Shown here: positions 23,301 to 32,067 of the stretch, one piece after another
Position numbering within the stretch: the first letter of the stretch is position 1
Layout: each line of letters starts with the position of its first letter
Assembly (NCBI GenBank): GCA_937951935.1
Contig: CALGAM010000133.1
Location: 1,543-65,542 of the forward strand
Direction of reading: 5' to 3'
Source: an uncultured Micromonospora sp.
GTDB taxonomy: Bacteria; Actinomycetota; Actinomycetes; Mycobacteriales; Micromonosporaceae
DNA: 64,000 nucleotides
Notes under the pieces: model-generated
What the model was told of the DNA's origin: nothing
Databases searched by the model: none
The model's input: only the letters and a program-made list of their open reading frames with translations
Translations under genes and position numbers: made by a program

Positions 23301-23798
23301 GAGGACCGCCGGCTGGTCGCCTACCTCGTCCCGGCCGGTGCCGACGGGCCGCCGCCCGTCGCCGAGCTGCGCGAGTTTCTTCGGCAGCGGTTGCCGGAGT
23401 TCATGGTGCCGGCGGTCTTCGTGCCCCTGGACGCGCTGCCGCTCGGCCCGAACGGCAAGCTGGACCGCGCCGCGCTGCCGGTTGCGGACCGGGCCCGGCT
23501 CGGGCCGGTCAGCGTCTACGAGGCGCCCCGGGACGCCACCGAGGAGCTGCTCGCCGGGATCTGGGCCGAGCTGCTCAAGGTGGAGCGGGTCGGGGTGCAC
23601 GACAACTTCTTCGACCTCGGCGGGCACTCCCTGCTGGCCACCCAGGTGATGTCCCGGGTCCGGGCCGTCTTCGACGTGGAGATCCCGCTCGCCGCGCTCT
23701 TCGACCACCCCACCATCGCCGGTCTGGCGAAGGTGGTCAACCGGTCGTTGCAGGAGGCGAGCGGCAGCCAGGAGGGGCTCGAGGAGTTCCAGTTGTGA
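20346..23798 (+). CDS. Single-module NRPS: TubC-N-type docking domain - C - A - PCP - acidic C-terminal tail
   Basis: PLSFAQQRLWF, HHVVFDEW, YTSGSTGRPKG, NTYGPTE, YRSGD, NGKLDR, FFDLGGHSL; no E or TE domain. Confidence 0.95.
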   Translation: MQVTVSASELLGDLEGRGVRLYLAEDKLRALAPRNVLTEELRQRISDSREALIELLRRRASQADLATAPPIRVAGRDGVLPLSFAQQRLWFLAQLDPDSVEYNMPMPVWWEGELDQVALNRALETLLERHEVLRTRLVEGPDGVACQVIDPPTRVELPVVDVSAEADPTAAAQALIAQDGAVPFDLATGPLIRARLIRVSEREHVLALCVHHVVFDEWSSGILRRELGELYDAYHTGRPPRLPELPVQYADFAVWQREWLTGEVLERQLGYWRDALAGAPVLELPTDRPRPPVRSSAGASVEFEVPERVVEGLRTVARAAGASMFMTLFSAFVVLLSRYSGQDDVVVGTPIANRNRTEIEGLIGFFVNTLVLRTDLSGDPTFAELLGRVREVALNAYAHQDVPFESVVDALGVRRDRSRTPLFQVMFSYAQGGGARADGDGPVGPVAPARPAPVEGRGGHAPKPVKFDLALAFGETGTGGLAGGLQYATSLFDAARIDRMVQHLLVLLEAVAANPHRRLSQLPLLTAAEVAELHRWSGVTAPVPAVGGVHELVSAQAAARPDAVALRSGGVWLSYGELEARANRLARYLRQVGVAREDLVGLCLPRGVDMVVAVLAVWKAGGAYVPMDPQYPADRLGYMLADSGARFLVATAETVRGLPAGAVPPEVRVLALDDAEVGAALAELPAEPLGLTVSPDQAAYVIYTSGSTGRPKGVLLQHRGVVNLAVAMRPVLQAAEGTVALQFASFSFDAAVLDMAVVLAAGGTLAIATAAEQAEPSALAAMISDHGVQTASVVPSLLAVLDPDQVPGVRNWVVGAERLTAGLARTWASRARLCNTYGPTEATVITTAVPLTVPDGDPEQDPLPPIGVPIANATVRVLDRSLRPVPVGVTGEIYIGGPGVARGYHRRPALTARHFVPDPVAGDGSRLYRSGDLGRWRADGQLEFVGRADNQVKVRGFRIEPGEIEHVLRTHPGISAAVVIADGEGEDRRLVAYLVPAGADGPPPVAELREFLRQRLPEFMVPAVFVPLDALPLGPNGKLDRAALPVADRARLGPVSVYEAPRDATEELLAGIWAELLKVERVGVHDNFFDLGGHSLLATQVMSRVRAVFDVEIPLAALFDHPTIAGLAKVVNRSLQEASGSQEGLEEFQL

Positions 23799-23899
23799 CC
23801 GCCGGTGGTCGATGGCCATCGGTACCCGGGCGAGGGCGTGGCGGCGTACCAGCGTACGCCGCCACGGCGGAACCCGGGCCGACACGCACGGAGGTGGCT

Positions 23900-24439
23900 G
23901 TGCCGACGACGACCTCGCTTCCACAGGTCAGGATCGAGACCGGCCGTCTGGTCATCGCCGAGTTCGGGGTGTCGGACGCGGCGAACGTCGCCGTCGTCAT
24001 CGCGGCGGGGGAGTGGGACGCGCTGCCGCCCGGGGCGCCCCGGGACGTCGCCGAGGTGTGGCGGTGGCTGCGGGCCGACGTGGGCCGGTTCCGGGACGCC
24101 GGGCACGGGGTGCACCTGGCGATCCGGCAGCGGGACACCGGTGCCTACGTCGGCGCCATGAGCCTGTTCCGCCTGGATCGCCGGCGGGGGTCCGCCGAGG
24201 TCGGGTGCGGCCTGCGGCCCGCGATGCGGAGCCGGGGGTACGCCGTCGAGGCGCTGTCCGGGCTGACCGGATGGGCGACGTCCACCGGCGGGCTGCGCCG
24301 GCTCGACGCGGTCACCGCCCCCGACAACATCGCCGCACAGCAGGTGGCCGAGCGGGTTGGGTACGTCCGGGTGGGCCTCACCCGTGACCCACAGACCGGG
24401 CAGGAGATGGTCGTCTACCGGTACTCCCGGCCCGGTTGA
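23900..24439 (+). CDS. GNAT N-acetyltransferase (RimJ/RimL-like)
   Basis: GGAGG RBS; IETGRLVI, AEVG, RSRGYAVEAL, DNIAAQQVAERVGY. Confidence 0.8.
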   Translation: MPTTTSLPQVRIETGRLVIAEFGVSDAANVAVVIAAGEWDALPPGAPRDVAEVWRWLRADVGRFRDAGHGVHLAIRQRDTGAYVGAMSLFRLDRRRGSAEVGCGLRPAMRSRGYAVEALSGLTGWATSTGGLRRLDAVTAPDNIAAQQVAERVGYVRVGLTRDPQTGQEMVVYRYSRPG

Positions 24440-24506
24440 CCCGGGCCGGGGCCGGCCGGCGGCACGGCCTGCCGGTGGTGCCCGGGGTGCGGCGGCGCGT
24501 CGGGCG

Positions 24507-25205
24507 CTACCGGAGATGGCAGCGCACCAGGGTGAGGTCGTCGTCGGCGATCTCACCCTCGTCGCGGCGCCGGGCGAGGGCGTGGGCGAGCCGGTCGGCG
24601 GGGAGTGTGGCCAGCTCCGGCCAGAACGTCGCGCCGCGCCCGGTCACCCAACGGGCGGTGGCGTCGGTCGCGATGGCGATGGTGTCGCCGGGCTGTAGCT
24701 CCACGCTGGTGCGGGCCGGCGGGTCGGGGTCGCTGGTGGTCACGAGCTGCGGCCGGGCCGGGAACGTGTCGCCCGGCAGCGGCGGGTGGGCGAGACACAG
24801 CAGGCCGCGGCGCACGACGAACACGAACGTGTCGCCGACCGCGGCCACGTCCAGGCGGTACCCGTCCGGATGGGGGACGCCGCGGATCGCGGCGATCGTC
24901 GCCCCGCTGCCGCCGGCCGCGGCCCGGCGGACCCGGTCGCCGGCCGTGTCCAGGTCGAGGCCGGCCCGCCAGTCGGCCGCGGCCGCCGCCACCCAGGGCC
25001 CGGGGTCGCCGTAGAGCAGCGGCTCCGGATCGGCCACGAAGCGCCGGACGAGGCAGCGCGCCCAGTCTCCGGCGGCGAAGAGGGAGCCGGCGCCGTCGCA
25101 GACCGCGACCAGGCCGGCGCGCTCGTCGAAGCCGTACGCGTCCTGGCCGCGGGGGTCGATGCCATCCGGCCGGGGTACGCACACCACGTCGCAGTGCAGT
25201 CTCAT
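24507..25205 (-). CDS. PP2C-family (TerY-P type) phosphatase
   Basis: GQDA, VCDGAG, VGDT, ATDA and DDLT metal-binding motifs; ATGA overlap with vWA stop. Confidence 0.85.
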   Translation of the reverse strand: MRLHCDVVCVPRPDGIDPRGQDAYGFDERAGLVAVCDGAGSLFAAGDWARCLVRRFVADPEPLLYGDPGPWVAAAAADWRAGLDLDTAGDRVRRAAAGGSGATIAAIRGVPHPDGYRLDVAAVGDTFVFVVRRGLLCLAHPPLPGDTFPARPQLVTTSDPDPPARTSVELQPGDTIAIATDATARWVTGRGATFWPELATLPADRLAHALARRRDEGEIADDDLTLVRCHLR

Positions 25206-26026
25206 ATCACCCGACCCGGCGTACCCCACATGAAGAACCGCAGCAGCGACGCGGCGCCGCCGTTGAGCACGAAACCGCGGGCGCCCTTCTCGAGCGGGAA
25301 GAGGGACGTCTCGGCCAGTTGCGGCGGTATGGGGCTGGAAACCTGGTACAGCCAGGTCGCGAACTCGTCACCGACCTGGGGCGGGTGGGCCGGATACTCG
25401 ATCATCTCGGCCGCGTTGCCGGACAGGTGCAGGTTGAACAACAGCACCGAGCCGTCTGCGGTACGCAGGTTGGTCAGCGCGGTGGCCTGGGGCGTCGGGT
25501 CGCCGGTGTTGAACTGGGCGTCGGTGATGTGCAGCACGACCGGCGGGAAGGACTCCGGGTGAGCGGCCACCCAGCGGCTCACCAGCGCGACCGTGACCGT
25601 GAACGCCTCGACCATCGGGGTCACGCCGTCGCTGACCGGCTGGATCCACCGGCGGGACGGGGCGAGCGGGTCACCGGTGCCCGGCACCGTCTCGGCGTAG
25701 GAGTCGAGGTCGGCGGTGGAGACGAAAACCCTGGCCGGGTCGGCGCTCGCGTCCAGTTGCAGGGCGGGGCGCTGCAGGAGCGACCGTACGCCGTGGCCAC
25801 CGTAGCCGATCGCGGCGATGTCGCACCACGGCATCACGCGGCCGCTCTTGTCGAGGCAGCGCTGCACGAGCTCGTCCAGGAGCTGGTCGGCCGCGGCGGC
25901 CAGCGCCATCGCCCGGGGCCGGCGGGCGGCGTCACCGGCGATCGGCTCGGCCATCGAGGCGGACTGGTCGATCAGGAGCACGATGCAGCCCGGGTGGCGG
26001 CTGCTCATCCGGCGTGAGTACGTCAT
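25202..26026 (-). CDS. vWA-domain protein (TerY-like)
   Basis: LLIDQSASM MIDAS motif, GVTPM, PPVVLHITD, LLFNLHL; ATGA overlap with kinase stop. Confidence 0.85.
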   Translation of the reverse strand: MTYSRRMSSRHPGCIVLLIDQSASMAEPIAGDAARRPRAMALAAAADQLLDELVQRCLDKSGRVMPWCDIAAIGYGGHGVRSLLQRPALQLDASADPARVFVSTADLDSYAETVPGTGDPLAPSRRWIQPVSDGVTPMVEAFTVTVALVSRWVAAHPESFPPVVLHITDAQFNTGDPTPQATALTNLRTADGSVLLFNLHLSGNAAEMIEYPAHPPQVGDEFATWLYQVSSPIPPQLAETSLFPLEKGARGFVLNGGAASLLRFFMWGTPGRVI

Positions 26027-27702
26027 GCTTCCCGCCGCCTGCCGATGCCGACCACGAGGGCCGCCGCGACGAGTACGGCCACCGCGACGAGGTGGAGCAG
26101 CGGCACCCCGGTGTCCCACGGGCTGGGTAACGCGGGCCAGGAGAGCGGATCGTCCGCGACGACCGGTCGGGTGGCCACGACCGCGGCGGCCCCGACCAGC
26201 CATCCGCCGCTGCGTCGGGCCACCCCGACGCATCCGGCCAGAAACAGCACACCAACCATCGCCCCGATGACGGAGGGGGTCGCCGTCGCGATGGCGCCGC
26301 CGTCCGACGACGGCCAGGCGAGCGCGGCCGACTGCCCGAGTGCCACGCCCAGCACGGCGACGAAGTACAGGTGCGTGGCGGTGCGGACGGTCGGCCCGTG
26401 GGCGGTGAGCGGCTTCAGGTTCGCCGCCGCGGCGACGACCAGTACCAGCGCGAGTGCCGCGGCGGCCAGCGTCGGGACGAGCGGCGGTCGGCGGTCGTCG
26501 GCGACGAGCTGGACCAGGCGCGGCAGGTCGAGGCTGAGGTACGTGGCCGCGGCGCCACCGGCCGCGCCGACCAGGAACAGCCGGCCGTACGCCCAGACCA
26601 GGACACCGGCGAATGACACCACCCAGACGACCGCGGCGGTGACCAGCTGGGCCGGCTGCTCCGGTGCCCGGCCGGCGAAGAGGTGGCGGGCCAGGTACGC
26701 GGCGAGCGCCGCGAGGCCGAGCAGCCACGCGATGCCGACCGGCAGCGGCGGTCGTGTCACCGACGGGTGCCACAGCCGGGACACCGTCCACCGACGAGGA
26801 ATGGCGCTTCTCACCGATGCCTCCAGAGTGGATACCGCGTTCGGGGACCGGCGGCACATCGCGGCCAGCCGGCCTGCGAGCGCGCGGACGAAGGGGTCGG
26901 GCGACGCCGCGAGTTCCTGCCAGATCGCGCTCCGGCCCGGAGCGGTGAAGTCCTCGGCGCGGAAGATCAGGTTGTGCTCGTCGTGGTACCGGTCCCAGAG
27001 GTCCGGCGTGACCGCCAGGGCCCGCAGCGACAGGTACACGACGTGGGCGGCGAACCGGTCGGCCTTCGCACCCCAGTGCCACACGGCCGCGCGGGGGTGC
27101 TGGTAGGCCGGGTGCCCGGCCTGGGCCGGCGGTGGGTGCCTCTTCAGCGACGGCGTCCAGATGCCGTCCGGGTCGATCAGCGTGAACGTCCCTTCGCCGA
27201 CGAGCACGTTGGCGTGCTGGAGGTCGCCGTGCGCCACCCTGGCCACGCTCATCCGCCGCATCAGCTCGCGCCACCGCTCGGCGGTGGCCAGCAGCCACGC
27301 CGGGTCGTGCAGGTGCGCGGCGACGGCCTCGTGCAGCGGTGGGTCGTCGGCCCACGGCCCGACCAGAATCGGCAGCCGGTGTCCGTCGACCAGCAGCGCG
27401 TCGTCGTGCCACTGCCAGGCGCAGATCTCCGGCACGGGCACCGTGGCCAGGTAGTGGCTGATCGCGCGGTATCGCGCGCCCTCCGCCGGGTCGGGGCGCA
27501 GGAAGCAGCGGACGGCGAAGCGGCGTCCGGTGGGATGGTCGAGGCGGTACACGAAGGCGTGCTGGCCGATGCGCTGCTCCGGCCGGCCGCGCGGGCCGGG
27601 TGCGGGGCGGCTCTGCCGCAGTTCCGGATGGGTGAGCGAGGTCTGCGGGTGGGCCAGGGCGGCCGCGTACTGGTGCGGCTGGATGACGAGCTCAGCCGGC
27701 AC
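26023..27702 (-). CDS. Ser/Thr kinase-like protein with C-terminal multi-TM region
   Basis: FAVRCFL, HGDLQHANVLV, LIDPDG, GHPAYQHP; hydrophobic C-terminal ~250 aa. Confidence 0.82.
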   Translation of the reverse strand: MPAELVIQPHQYAAALAHPQTSLTHPELRQSRPAPGPRGRPEQRIGQHAFVYRLDHPTGRRFAVRCFLRPDPAEGARYRAISHYLATVPVPEICAWQWHDDALLVDGHRLPILVGPWADDPPLHEAVAAHLHDPAWLLATAERWRELMRRMSVARVAHGDLQHANVLVGEGTFTLIDPDGIWTPSLKRHPPPAQAGHPAYQHPRAAVWHWGAKADRFAAHVVYLSLRALAVTPDLWDRYHDEHNLIFRAEDFTAPGRSAIWQELAASPDPFVRALAGRLAAMCRRSPNAVSTLEASVRSAIPRRWTVSRLWHPSVTRPPLPVGIAWLLGLAALAAYLARHLFAGRAPEQPAQLVTAAVVWVVSFAGVLVWAYGRLFLVGAAGGAAATYLSLDLPRLVQLVADDRRPPLVPTLAAAALALVLVVAAAANLKPLTAHGPTVRTATHLYFVAVLGVALGQSAALAWPSSDGGAIATATPSVIGAMVGVLFLAGCVGVARRSGGWLVGAAAVVATRPVVADDPLSWPALPSPWDTGVPLLHLVAVAVLVAAALVVGIGRRREA

Positions 27703-28726
27703 CGACGAGCACCCGCCCCCGATACACCTCGCCGTCGATCCGCGTCCACAGCCGTAGGCACGCGATGACGTGGCCCCTCGGACCGGTGGTGCGGGCGTCG
27801 TGCTCGGTCTGCCCGCCGAGGTCCTCGTACCGCCCGCTCAGCACGGTCAGCTCCACCCCCGGCATGGCACCCACCACCGTCACCGTGTCGCGGCGGATCC
27901 GGTCGTACCAGTTCGCCCACCAGCTGCCGGGCTCGGCGGGCTGGCTGTGCCGTACCGAGCAGAGCCCCTCGTCGACCGCAACGAGGGCCCGCGCTCGTGC
28001 CCGGCCGTCGCCGGCGTCCCGGTAGGCGCGCAGGCGCCTGAGCAGCTCGCCCCGGAGCGCGCGCAGATCGTCCTTGCGGTGCGGCCGGCGGGCCTGGGCG
28101 TAGCCGTCGACGCTCGGGAGGAAGTCGATCAGGTTGGGGTCGTACGGGCCGAGCGCGAGCAGCTGGGTCGCCGCGACCGCGATCCGGTGATCGACGCCGA
28201 GGTCGCCGTCGCGCAGGCCCAGCGCCTGCGCGATCTCCGGATCGATGTCGGCCTCCGGCCGCAGGCGCAGCCCCTGCCCCGACACCGGATCGAAGAGCGC
28301 GACGCGTTCGCCGAGGCTCGGCACGTCGATCCAGGATCGGACGGCGGTGGCTGGCGGTTGCTCGGGCGGCGGTTCCGCCAGGCGGAGCGCGGCGACCGGT
28401 ACCGCGACCGGTGGCGCGGGCGGCGCGGAAGGCGGGGGCCCGGCGGGTGGGGGCCCGGAGGCCGGCGGGGCCGAGGGCGCGGCCGGAGCCGGCGCGGGTG
28501 GCGCTGGCGCGGGTGGCGCCGGAGCAGGCGAGGACACGGGCGCGACCGGGCGTTGCAGGAGCGCGGCCAGGTCGCCGCGCAGGCTCGACAGGGCGGTCGC
28601 CGCCTCCTGGGTGGCCGGCGCGGGGGCGGCGGCCAGCGCCGCGTCCAGCCCCACCAGGTATGCCCGGACCACCGTGGCGACGGCGTCGTCCCGGCTGGTC
28701 AGTAGCACACTCAGCTGGCGGTACAT
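27692..28726 (-). CDS. Hypothetical protein with Pro/Ala linker and possible GrpE-like C-terminus
   Basis: Coupled to both neighbours; C-terminus GHVIACLRLWTRIDGEVYRGRVLV. Confidence 0.7.
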   Translation of the reverse strand: MYRQLSVLLTSRDDAVATVVRAYLVGLDAALAAAPAPATQEAATALSSLRGDLAALLQRPVAPVSSPAPAPPAPAPPAPAPAAPSAPPASGPPPAGPPPSAPPAPPVAVPVAALRLAEPPPEQPPATAVRSWIDVPSLGERVALFDPVSGQGLRLRPEADIDPEIAQALGLRDGDLGVDHRIAVAATQLLALGPYDPNLIDFLPSVDGYAQARRPHRKDDLRALRGELLRRLRAYRDAGDGRARARALVAVDEGLCSVRHSQPAEPGSWWANWYDRIRRDTVTVVGAMPGVELTVLSGRYEDLGGQTEHDARTTGPRGHVIACLRLWTRIDGEVYRGRVLVGAG

Positions 28727-31700
28727 CACTGGAGACCGTTGAACGGGTCGGAGTTGTCGTCGGCGACGTTCCGCGGCTTCAACTGCGCGGTGTAGACCGC
28801 CCCGGGATGCTCGTCCATCGCCCGCAGGCTGTCGGCCTTCAGGTACGCCGGCCGGTTGCGGTGCAGCCGGAACACGCCCTGGTCGTCCAGGCTCGCGTAC
28901 CAGCCCTTGTCGCCCACCCCAGGGTTGGCCGGCGGTGGGGCCACCCGGTGGGCCGGCGCGCCCGGTTCGTCGCCGACGAGTTCGAACCGCCAGCCGTGGT
29001 CGGACGCCGGGGGCAGCGGCTCGCTGCTGATCAGGCCGTTTCGTTCGACTCCGGCGTGGTCATCCCAGAACCGGTGGGTCCAGGCCGGTGACTCGGGCAG
29101 GTTCGGGAAGACCTCCCGGGTCGGCGTCAACTCGGCGTTGCCGACGGCCACCCGCAGCCGGCGGGCCAGGGCGAACGCGTCGGCGGCGGACATCGGAACG
29201 GCCACGTCCTGCGACGCGGGCGGGGTGCCCTCGGTCGCCGGCACGACGTGCAACGACAGTCGGCGGCGACGGACAGGGTGTCCGGCCACAACAAGCGGGG
29301 TGCCCTCGGTCGCCGGCACGACGTGCAGCGGCCGCTTGTCCTCCGGCTGGGTCCGCCACACGTGCAGCACCAGCTCAAGCTGCGGGTTGATCTCCACTCG
29401 GGCCTGCTTGTCGTGCAACCACCGGTCGTCCTGCGAGTCGCCGCTGTGGGGAAGCGCCGGCTCGTACCCCTCCTGCTCGGCGACGTTCCCGACGTCGAAG
29501 TAACCCCACAGGAGGTCCTGGTCCCGGTCGCCCTCGACGATGACGCGGTGGATGTTGATCGGGCGTCGCAGCTGGTCCAGATCGCGCTCCAGGAAGCGCC
29601 GTTCGCCGTCCGCGAGGAACTCGGTGTTCGCCCGGAACAGATCCTCCCCGCCGGACATGACGGAGAACCTGAAGCTCGCCGCGAGCGTCTGGAAGACGTT
29701 GTCCACGTCCACCCGGATGTCGAGGCCCCCGGTCTGGACGACCCGCTCGGCGTTGCCCGGGCCGCCGAGGGTGCGCATGCGCTCGGCCCATACCGCCCCG
29801 ATCGAGGTGGCGGACTTGGCATGGTCGGCGTCCAGCAGCAGCGCGGTCGGATCCCACAGCAGGTTGGGGTGTTCGCGGGCCGCGGTGGCGAACGCCTCGT
29901 CGAAGACCTCGCGCACCAGCGGCAGCGCGCTGCCCCGTCCGGTGAGGATCAGCCGGTCGAGGCGCTCGCGGTGGTCGCCGAACCGGGTGACGACCAAGTC
30001 CACCGCGATCTTGGCCAGCTGCTCCACAACGGACCGCGCCAGCACGTGGAACCTCTCGGCCGTCAGCGACACGGGGACACCGCCGCTGCCGATCACCTCG
30101 TCGACCTCGTCGGCGGCGAGCGTGAAGTCCTTGCCCTGCCCGAGATGGTCGATCTTCGCGCGCTCGGCGATGCGCCACAGCCGCTGGAAGGCCCGGCGGC
30201 GGGCCGGGTCCTCGCGCCAGCGGGTCGGCACGAGCTGCTCGACGGCGTTGCGGTGCGGCGGCACCTTCTGGCCGCCGCGGCTCCGCCGGTCCGTGGAGTT
30301 GAGGTAGGCCAGCTCCGCCTTGGTCAGGGCGTCCTTCACAGGCTTGCCGTCGCGCCACCAGTCGCCGGTCTTGTCCATGCGGGTGACCGCGTCGTTCACC
30401 GTCGCGCCAGCGCGCCCCTCCGCGTACTCGGTCAGGAGCGCGTCGGCGATGGCGGCCTTCAGCCAGTGGAAGACGCAGAGCGTGATGTAGTCGCCGCCCC
30501 GGTTCTCGCGGCCGGTGCTGCCACGCAGCGAGGGCGACACGTGGTAACACTTGCCGTGGCCGGCCGGGGCGGGCCCGACGTTGACCGGCGAGACGTCCAG
30601 CAGGTGCATGCCGAACAGCGCGATGTCGGTCGTGCCACCGCCGATGTCGACGACGAGCAGGTTCTCGGTGAACGCGGCCGGGTTGTTCGTCGCGCGCATC
30701 CGAGCGCGCAGCGCTTCGATCCCGACGTACGGGTCGGCCCCGATGTCACGCATCAGGTAGTAGAAGCCCGCCGCGATCGCCTCGTCGTAGCGGTTGTTGA
30801 CCTCCAGCACCCCGGTGTGGCGACGTACCCCCTCGACCAGCGCGGTACGGGCCGCGCCGTGCAGCACCGTCGGGTACGTCACGATGACCCGACCGATCGG
30901 GCCGTGGTCCAGGTCGGGATCCTTCGCGATGGCGGCAGCGCTGCGGTCGACGAGGTCGGCGATCGCGCGCACGACGACGTCGTCGGTCTTCTCCAGCAGG
31001 TCCTGGTGCCCCGGTGGCCGCCCGAAGTGGCGCTTGAGGCCATGGATGACGAGGTCCTCGCTGTCGTCCCTGGGCGGACCGACACGGACCTTGCCCGACT
31101 CGTCGATGCTGACCACGCTGGACAGCACCGTCTCGCCCTGGTCGCCCAGCGGCAGCTCGTGCAGATTCCACCGGTCGGGTGCGGGCGCGGCGAACGCCTC
31201 CGCGTACGCGGCGTACAGCCGGCCGGTGAGCCAGTCGCGCAGGCGTTCGCCGGTGAACGGCGCCTGCGACTCCAGCTGCCGGACCGTCTCGTGCAGCAGC
31301 GGCGCCCGGTCGTCGGTCTCCTGACGCAGCGCCGCGGCGAGATCGGGGCGGGTGGCGTCGTCGCCGAGCACCTTCCTGGCCGCGGTGGTGGCCAGTCGCT
31401 CCCACGTGTCGTCGGCGAAGCCGCCCGGGCCGACCTCGTCGAGCAGCTCGGCGATCCGCCGACGGAGCACCGTGGTCTGGCTGCGGGGCAGCGGCGGCGT
31501 TGCCCGGCTGGTCTCGTCCCACAGGGTTGCGGTGCAGGCGGTCGTGCCGAAGTCGACGGCGAGGATTCCGTGGTGCCGCTCCGGCGTGTGGGTCCGTGGC
31601 GGGTCGGTCTTCGCCGCCTCCTCCGGCACCTCCGTGGTGTCATCTGGCGTGGACGCGACGGCGGGTGCCCCCCACACCAGCCGGAGCCGCTCGGTCACCG

Positions 31701-32067
31701 TCACCCGGTACGGCACCCAGGCGCCGGAAATGTCCTGTTGCTGCACCTCGGCGGTCACCCGCAGCGTGACCTCCTGCTGACCCACCGGCCCGGGCAGCAG
31801 GTCGCTGGTGGCGGGCACCATCCGCGATCCCGGCACCGCACCGGGCTCGGCCCGCCATGCCCGTTCCAGCAGCGGCAGCAGGGCACCGTCCAGGGGCGGC
31901 TCGGCTGTCTCGACGGCGACGGTCAGCCAGTGCAGCCACACCGTCGCGCCGGCCGCGTCCAGCCGCACGTCCGGCAGGCGGACGCCGTGCGGGCCGGCGT
32001 CGATCCGGTAGCGCTGCTGGTCGTCGAGGCCGGCGACCAGCGAGATCGACAGGGCAGCGGGCGCCAT
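28726..32067 (-). CDS. Large Hsp70/actin-fold ATPase (SrfB-like)
   Basis: AVDFGTT (phosphate 1), VTYP, DEAIAA, VDIGGGTTD (phosphate 2), GGD, LTGRGSALP (adenosine). Confidence 0.82.
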   Translation of the reverse strand: MAPAALSISLVAGLDDQQRYRIDAGPHGVRLPDVRLDAAGATVWLHWLTVAVETAEPPLDGALLPLLERAWRAEPGAVPGSRMVPATSDLLPGPVGQQEVTLRVTAEVQQQDISGAWVPYRVTVTERLRLVWGAPAVASTPDDTTEVPEEAAKTDPPRTHTPERHHGILAVDFGTTACTATLWDETSRATPPLPRSQTTVLRRRIAELLDEVGPGGFADDTWERLATTAARKVLGDDATRPDLAAALRQETDDRAPLLHETVRQLESQAPFTGERLRDWLTGRLYAAYAEAFAAPAPDRWNLHELPLGDQGETVLSSVVSIDESGKVRVGPPRDDSEDLVIHGLKRHFGRPPGHQDLLEKTDDVVVRAIADLVDRSAAAIAKDPDLDHGPIGRVIVTYPTVLHGAARTALVEGVRRHTGVLEVNNRYDEAIAAGFYYLMRDIGADPYVGIEALRARMRATNNPAAFTENLLVVDIGGGTTDIALFGMHLLDVSPVNVGPAPAGHGKCYHVSPSLRGSTGRENRGGDYITLCVFHWLKAAIADALLTEYAEGRAGATVNDAVTRMDKTGDWWRDGKPVKDALTKAELAYLNSTDRRSRGGQKVPPHRNAVEQLVPTRWREDPARRRAFQRLWRIAERAKIDHLGQGKDFTLAADEVDEVIGSGGVPVSLTAERFHVLARSVVEQLAKIAVDLVVTRFGDHRERLDRLILTGRGSALPLVREVFDEAFATAAREHPNLLWDPTALLLDADHAKSATSIGAVWAERMRTLGGPGNAERVVQTGGLDIRVDVDNVFQTLAASFRFSVMSGGEDLFRANTEFLADGERRFLERDLDQLRRPINIHRVIVEGDRDQDLLWGYFDVGNVAEQEGYEPALPHSGDSQDDRWLHDKQARVEINPQLELVLHVWRTQPEDKRPLHVVPATEGTPLVVAGHPVRRRRLSLHVVPATEGTPPASQDVAVPMSAADAFALARRLRVAVGNAELTPTREVFPNLPESPAWTHRFWDDHAGVERNGLISSEPLPPASDHGWRFELVGDEPGAPAHRVAPPPANPGVGDKGWYASLDDQGVFRLHRNRPAYLKADSLRAMDEHPGAVYTAQLKPRNVADDNSDPFNGLQ
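29220..29327. repeat. 33-bp direct repeat flanking a 42-bp spacer, in frame inside the Hsp70-like gene
   Basis: GCGGGGTGCCCTCGGTCGCCGGCACGACGTGCA at 29220-29252 and 29295-29327; protein shows LHVVPATEGTP twice. Confidence 0.85.

Noticed and set aside
29220-29327. Repeat-spacer-repeat resembling a mini CRISPR
   Set aside because: Only two copies, in frame inside a CDS, and no cas genes in the window.
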